Source of the DNA: an uncultured Candidatus Rokubacteria bacterium
GTDB taxonomy: Bacteria > Methylomirabilota > Methylomirabilia > Rokubacteriales > CSP1-6
Assembly: GCA_963789955.1 (NCBI GenBank)
Contig: CAWBMV010000034.1
Location: 928,001 to 992,000, forward strand
Reading direction: 5' to 3'
Length of the DNA: 64,000 nucleotides
Below, in pieces: positions 59,129-64,000 of the stretch; the first letter of the stretch is position 1, and every line of letters begins with the position of its first letter. The notes under the pieces were generated by a model. That model was not told the DNA's origin, made no database searches, and saw only the letters and a list, made by a program, of their open reading frames with translations. The position numbers were made by a program, and so were the translations under genes.

Positions 59129-61197
59129 CCGCGTATCGCGTCGGATTCGACGTGGGCGGAACCTTCACGGATTTCGTCTTGCAATCACCCTCCGGCGAGC
59201 TCACCACCGGCAAGCGGCTCACGACGTATCCCGATCCCTCGGAGGCGTGTCTGGCCGGCCTCGACGCCCTGCTCGCCCAGGGGGGCGTGCGCTGGAACGA
59301 CATCGCCCAAGCGGTTCACGGCACCACCTTGGGCTCGAACGTCGTCATCGAGCGCAAGGCGCGCGGGGTCGGGCTCCTGACGACCCGCGGCTTTCGCGAC
59401 GTGCTGATCATCGGGCGCGAGAAACGCTATCAGGTGTACGACCTACAGATCGAGAAGCCGGCACCGCTGATTCCGCGGCGGCTCATCGGTGAGGTCACCG
59501 AGCGCGTCCTGGCCGACGGCACCGTGCGAACACCGCTCGACGAGGCGGACGCGCGCCGCGCGATCCGCGAGCTGGCGGCGCGCGGCGTGTCGACGCTCGC
59601 GGTGTGCCTGCTGCACGCGTACGTGAACCCGGCGCACGAGCGGCGCATCGCCGCCATCGCCGCCGAAGAGGCGCCCGGCCTGACCGTCACGCTCTCTCAC
59701 GAGGTCTCGCCGACGTTCCGGGAATACGAGCGGACGTCGACAACCGTCGTGAACGCGTACGTGATGTCGATCGTGCGCGAGTACCTGCGCGGCCTCGCGA
59801 CCGCGATGAGCCAGCGGGGCTACCGCGGGCGGCTCTTCGTGATGCAGTCCTCGGGGGGCGTCGCGACGGCCGAGGCGATGCAGCGTTATCCGGTCCGCAT
59901 GATCGAGTCCGGCCCCGCGGCCGGCGCCTTGATGGCGGCCGTCTACGGCGAGCTGACCGGCCACCGCGATCTCATCGCCTTCGACATGGGTGGCACGACC
60001 GCCAAGCTCGCGCTCATCGAGAAGGGGCGGCCGGCGACGACGACGGCCTTCGAGCTCCATCGCGTGAACAACGCGCCCGGCAGCGGGCTGCCGATGAACA
60101 TCCAGGCGATCGATCTGGTCGAGATCGGCGCGGGAGGCGGCTCGATCGCGCGGGCGAAGCTCGGCGTGATCGCGGTCGGGCCGGAGAGCGCGTCGTCGAC
60201 GCCGGGGCCGGTCTGCTACGGGCGCGGCGGCGTGGAGCCGACCGTCACCGACGCCGACGTGGTGCTGGGCTACATCAACCCGGAGTATTTCGCGGGCGGC
60301 TCGATCAAGCTGCAGGCGGGCGCGGCGGCGCGCGCGATCGAGGAGCGGGTCGCGCGCCCGCTCGGGCTCTCGCTCGAGGACGCGGCGTGGGGCATCCACA
60401 CGATCGTCAACACGAACATGGAGCTGGCGACTCGCGTGGTCTCCATCGAGCGCGGCCGCGATCCGCGCGACCTCACGTTCGTCGCCTTCGGCGGCTCGGG
60501 ACCCGTGCACGGCTGCCGCATCGCTCAGGCGCTCGGGATTCCGCGCATCGTGCTCCCGGCATCGGCGGGGGTGACGGCGGCCATCGGGCTCCTCGCCGCC
60601 GAGGTGAAGTTCGACGTCGCGCGCACGTACGTGCGGCGCCTCGACGCGGTGGACGGCGCCGCGCTCGACGCGATGTACGGCGAGATGAGCGCGCAGGCGA
60701 TCGCGGTCGTCCAGGAATCCGCGGTGGCCGGCGAGGTGGTGGTGACGCGCTCGGCCGACGCGCGGTACGTCGGCCAGGGCTACGAGGTCACGGTGCCCGT
60801 CCCACAAGGCCGGCTCGACCCGCCGGCGCTCGAGCGCGTGCGCGCGAGCTTCCACGAGATCTACGCCGCTCGCTACGGCTACGCGAACGCGTCCGAGCCG
60901 GTCGAGGTGGTCACCTGGAAGCTCTCGGCGGTCGGCGGCTCCCCGCGGATCGCGCTCGCCAAGGCGGCCGCGACCTCGGCGGACGTGCGCCGCAAGTCGA
61001 CGCGCCGCGCGTATTTCCCCGAGGCCCGCGGCTACGCGGACACGCCGGTGTACGACCGCTACCAGCTCCCGGCCGGGACGTCGCTCACCGGACCGGCGAT
61101 CGTGGAAGAACGCGAGTCGACGACGGTCCTGCCTCCGGGCGTGACCGCGACGGTGGACGAGTACGCCAGCCTGATCGCCGAGACGAGGCCGGCGTGA
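59125..61197 (+). CDS. Hydantoinase/oxoprolinase subunit A
   Basis: DVGGTFTD, HGTT, ESGPA, DMGGTT, GAGGGS. Confidence 0.92.
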   Translation: MTAYRVGFDVGGTFTDFVLQSPSGELTTGKRLTTYPDPSEACLAGLDALLAQGGVRWNDIAQAVHGTTLGSNVVIERKARGVGLLTTRGFRDVLIIGREKRYQVYDLQIEKPAPLIPRRLIGEVTERVLADGTVRTPLDEADARRAIRELAARGVSTLAVCLLHAYVNPAHERRIAAIAAEEAPGLTVTLSHEVSPTFREYERTSTTVVNAYVMSIVREYLRGLATAMSQRGYRGRLFVMQSSGGVATAEAMQRYPVRMIESGPAAGALMAAVYGELTGHRDLIAFDMGGTTAKLALIEKGRPATTTAFELHRVNNAPGSGLPMNIQAIDLVEIGAGGGSIARAKLGVIAVGPESASSTPGPVCYGRGGVEPTVTDADVVLGYINPEYFAGGSIKLQAGAAARAIEERVARPLGLSLEDAAWGIHTIVNTNMELATRVVSIERGRDPRDLTFVAFGGSGPVHGCRIAQALGIPRIVLPASAGVTAAIGLLAAEVKFDVARTYVRRLDAVDGAALDAMYGEMSAQAIAVVQESAVAGEVVVTRSADARYVGQGYEVTVPVPQGRLDPPALERVRASFHEIYAARYGYANASEPVEVVTWKLSAVGGSPRIALAKAAATSADVRRKSTRRAYFPEARGYADTPVYDRYQLPAGTSLTGPAIVEERESTTVLPPGVTATVDEYASLIAETRPA

Positions 61198-62945
61198 GCG
61201 CGATCGACCCGATCACGCTCGGCGTCATCTGGGGCGCGCTCCAGTCGATCGCCGTCGAGATCGGCACGACGGTGCACCGCACCGCGTATTCGGAGCAGGC
61301 GCGTGAGGGCCAGGACTTCTCGGTCGCCGTCTTCGATCCCATCGGGCGAATGGTCGCGCAGGGGCCGTACTCGCCCGGCCACATGGGCGCGATGTCGTTC
61401 GCGGTGCGCAACGCGCTCGCCGCGCATCCGGTCGAGACCTTGCGGCCGGGCGACGCCGTGCTCTTGAACGATCCGCTCCTCGGCTCCGGTCATCTGCCGG
61501 ACTTCTTCATCACGCAGCCCGCGTTCCACGACGGCGCGCTCGTGGGATTCGCCGTGAACATCCTCCACCACACGGACGTCGGCGGTCAGCGGCCGGGCAG
61601 CCAGGGCGTCGAAGGCATCTTCGACTATTTCCAGGAAGGACTGCGCATCCCGCCGACCAAGGTCTGGAAGGAATACCAGGAGCAGGAGGGCATCGTCGGG
61701 ATCATCGCCGCGAACACGCGCACTCCCGACAAGGTCCTCGGCGACCTGCGCGCCCAGCGAAGCGCGCTCCGCGTCGGCGAGCTCAGACTGCAAGAATTGG
61801 CGGCGCGGTATGGACGCGAGACCCTCCTGGCCGGGATGGACGAGATCATCGCGCGGACCGAGGCCAGCATGCGCGCGGCCATCGAGAAGATCCCCGACGG
61901 CGTCTATCGCTTCGAGGACTTCATGGACGACTGCGGCCCCGGCACCGAGCCGTTGCGCGTCGCCGTGACGGTGACCGTCGACGGCAGCTCGATGGTCATC
62001 GACTACGAGGGCTCGAGCCCGCAGACCGCGTCCGGCATGAACTCCTACATCAACTACACGCGCTCGTACTCGTACGCCGCCGTGAAGTGTCTCACCGACC
62101 CGCTGGGGCCGATGAACGAGGGCGCGTTGCGCCCGATCACCGTGAAGGCGCCGGAGGGGTCCTTTCTGAATCCGCGGCCGCCCGCGGGCGGGGGACCGCG
62201 CGCGATCATCTGCTACCGCACGTTCGAGTCGGTGCTCGGCGCCCTCGCCCCCGCGCTGCCCGATCGCGTGGCCGCGGCGGCCTCGCACATGGCGAACCCG
62301 ACCTTCGGTGGCTGGGACCGCGCGCGGCGCCGGCGCTTCGTCGCCTACGAGCTCGTGCTGTCGGGGACGGGCGCGCGCGCCGCCAAGGACGGCTGCGAGG
62401 CGATGTCGTGGGCGTTCAACGCCGCCAACATCCCGGTCGAGGCGCAGGAGGCCAATCAGCCGATCGTGGTCGAGCGCTTCGAGCTGATCGGCGATTCCGG
62501 CGGGGCCGGCAAATTCCGTGGCGGGTGCGGTGTCCGGCGCGACCTGCGGCTGCTCGGCGACGAGGGCAAGCTGACGAATCTGTCCGACCGCCAGAAGTTC
62601 GCGCCGTACGGTCTCGGCGGCGGCCGGCCCGGACGCCTGGGCCTCACCGTCCTCAACCCCGGACCGGGCGAGCAGATCGTCCACGGCAAGCAGTCGCGCG
62701 AGTTCGCGTACGGCGACGTCGTCTCGTTCCAGCAGTCGGGCGCCGGCGGCTACGGCGATCCGTTCGAGCGCGATCCGCGGCGCGTCCTGGACGACGTCCT
62801 CGACGACTACGTGTCGATCGAGGCCGCGCGCCGCGAGTACGGCGTCGTGATCGCCGGAACCGGCGCCGATCTCTCCGTCGACGACGGCGCGACCCGACGG
62901 CCGCGGAGCCGGTCCAAGCCGACCTCGGAGCGCCCGTCACCGTGA
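61194..62945 (+). CDS. Hydantoinase B/oxoprolinase subunit
   Basis: NDP..GSGHLPD, HHTDVGG, QEGLRIPP, DSGGAGKFRGG, GAGGYGDP. Confidence 0.92.
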   Translation: MSAIDPITLGVIWGALQSIAVEIGTTVHRTAYSEQAREGQDFSVAVFDPIGRMVAQGPYSPGHMGAMSFAVRNALAAHPVETLRPGDAVLLNDPLLGSGHLPDFFITQPAFHDGALVGFAVNILHHTDVGGQRPGSQGVEGIFDYFQEGLRIPPTKVWKEYQEQEGIVGIIAANTRTPDKVLGDLRAQRSALRVGELRLQELAARYGRETLLAGMDEIIARTEASMRAAIEKIPDGVYRFEDFMDDCGPGTEPLRVAVTVTVDGSSMVIDYEGSSPQTASGMNSYINYTRSYSYAAVKCLTDPLGPMNEGALRPITVKAPEGSFLNPRPPAGGGPRAIICYRTFESVLGALAPALPDRVAAAASHMANPTFGGWDRARRRRFVAYELVLSGTGARAAKDGCEAMSWAFNAANIPVEAQEANQPIVVERFELIGDSGGAGKFRGGCGVRRDLRLLGDEGKLTNLSDRQKFAPYGLGGGRPGRLGLTVLNPGPGEQIVHGKQSREFAYGDVVSFQQSGAGGYGDPFERDPRRVLDDVLDDYVSIEAARREYGVVIAGTGADLSVDDGATRRPRSRSKPTSERPSP

Positions 62946-63048
62946 ACCAGAGCCGAACGACGCAACCGAAGGGATCGGGCATGCGGAGCTTCGCCGCGCC
63001 TATCTCAGGCCACCCCGGGTCCAAGCCGGCCTCGAGGTCCCCGCTACA

Positions 63049-64000
63049 ATGATCGCCTTCACCCCAGAGCAGGAAGACTTCCGCAAGGCGGTCGCGCGAT
63101 TCGTCGACGCCGAGGTGGTGCCGGCGGCCGAGACGATCGACGAGCGCGCCGAGTTCCCGACCAAGCTCTTCAAGCGCATCGGCGAGCTCGGCTATCTCGG
63201 GCTGCGCTATCCCGAGGCCTACGGCGGCGCCGACGCCGACATGGTCACGTACTGTCTCTTCGCCGAGGAGCTGGCGCGCGGCTCCCTGTCGGTGGCGGCC
63301 GCGGCGGCGATGCAATCGCTGATGGGCACGTATTTCGTCTACAAGTACGGCTCCGAGCCGCTCCGCCAGCGCTATCTGGTTCCGGCCCTGCGGGGTGATC
63401 TGATCGCGACCTTCGCGCTCACGGAGCCGAACGCCGGCTCGGACGTCGCGAACATCACGACGCGCGCCGAGCGCCGCGGTGACCGATACGTCCTGCGCGG
63501 CACGAAGACGTGGGTGACCAGCGCGCCGGTGGCCGACCTGTTGACGGTGGCCGCCAAGACGTCGGACGAGCGCGGCATGAAGTCCATCGCGCTCTTCCTG
63601 CTCGACCGCTCGGCGACGCGCGGGATCACGCTCGGCAAGGCGATCGAGAAGATGTCGGTGCGCGGCTCGGTGACCGGCGAGATCGTCCTCGACGACGTCG
63701 AGGTTCCGGCCGAGCACCTGCTGGGCGGCGAGACGGGCGGTGTCGAGAAGATCGGCACCATTCTCTCGGAGATCCGGGTGATGACCGCCGCGATCTCCGT
63801 GGGGCTGGCCCGCGCCGCGTACCAGGCCGCGCTCGGCTACGCGCGCGAGCGGACCGCCTTCGGCAAGCCGATCGTGGAGCACCAGGCCATCGGCTTCAAG
63901 CTCGCCGACATGCTGACCTCGCTCCACGCCGCCATCCTCGTGACCTATCAGGCGGCGGCGCGGCTCGACGCGGGGCGGAGCATCGCGCGCGAGGCGGCGA
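63049..64000 (+). CDS. Acyl-CoA dehydrogenase, runs off the window edge
   Basis: Manual translation MIAFTPEQEDFRKAV...ALTEPNAGSD...GTKTWVTS...AFGKPI. Confidence 0.9.
   Translation, partial: MIAFTPEQEDFRKAVARFVDAEVVPAAETIDERAEFPTKLFKRIGELGYLGLRYPEAYGGADADMVTYCLFAEELARGSLSVAAAAAMQSLMGTYFVYKYGSEPLRQRYLVPALRGDLIATFALTEPNAGSDVANITTRAERRGDRYVLRGTKTWVTSAPVADLLTVAAKTSDERGMKSIALFLLDRSATRGITLGKAIEKMSVRGSVTGEIVLDDVEVPAEHLLGGETGGVEKIGTILSEIRVMTAAISVGLARAAYQAALGYARERTAFGKPIVEHQAIGFKLADMLTSLHAAILVTYQAAARLDAGRSIAREAA

Noticed and set aside
59604..61193. Apparent 1113-aa hydantoinase B with a long N-terminal extension
   Set aside because: The extension is an off-frame overlap of subunit A; the real start is GTG at 61194.

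Overview
GC-rich bacterial chromosomal window. The tandem stand-alone ABC_sub_bind-type genes and the style of the small hypothetical genes suggest Ca. Rokubacteria / Methylomirabilota (inference, not tested). Many genes carry single-base frameshifts that look like long-read consensus errors. Layout: (1) 1-10.1 kb is a mosaic accessory island of ABC substrate-binding protein (SBP) genes, small hypothetical genes and remnants, an Mrr-type endonuclease, a candidate HEPN + Abi-alpha-like pair and a tyrosine-integrase remnant. One small gene sits between an SBP-derived promoter/leader and an orphan SBP 3' tail. (2) A thiolase and a 27-aa desulforedoxin-like micro-ORF. (3) 11.5-21.9 kb is an operon in which an atypical stand-alone ketosynthase (Cys-His-Gln) heads two 7TM-GAF-PAS kinases, a pseudo-kinase and a hybrid kinase. 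This is the best candidate for an undescribed signal-synthase/receptor system. (4) A UvrD-nuclease, a decaying type I R-M locus and a DUF222-HNH gene. (5) 35-64 kb is mostly housekeeping and metabolic genes, including an ECF sigma + Ogt-Ada pair, a CoxL-like protein, a heme-motif adenylate cyclase, apt and a GntR-hydantoinase operon. No rRNA, tRNA or CRISPR array was seen.
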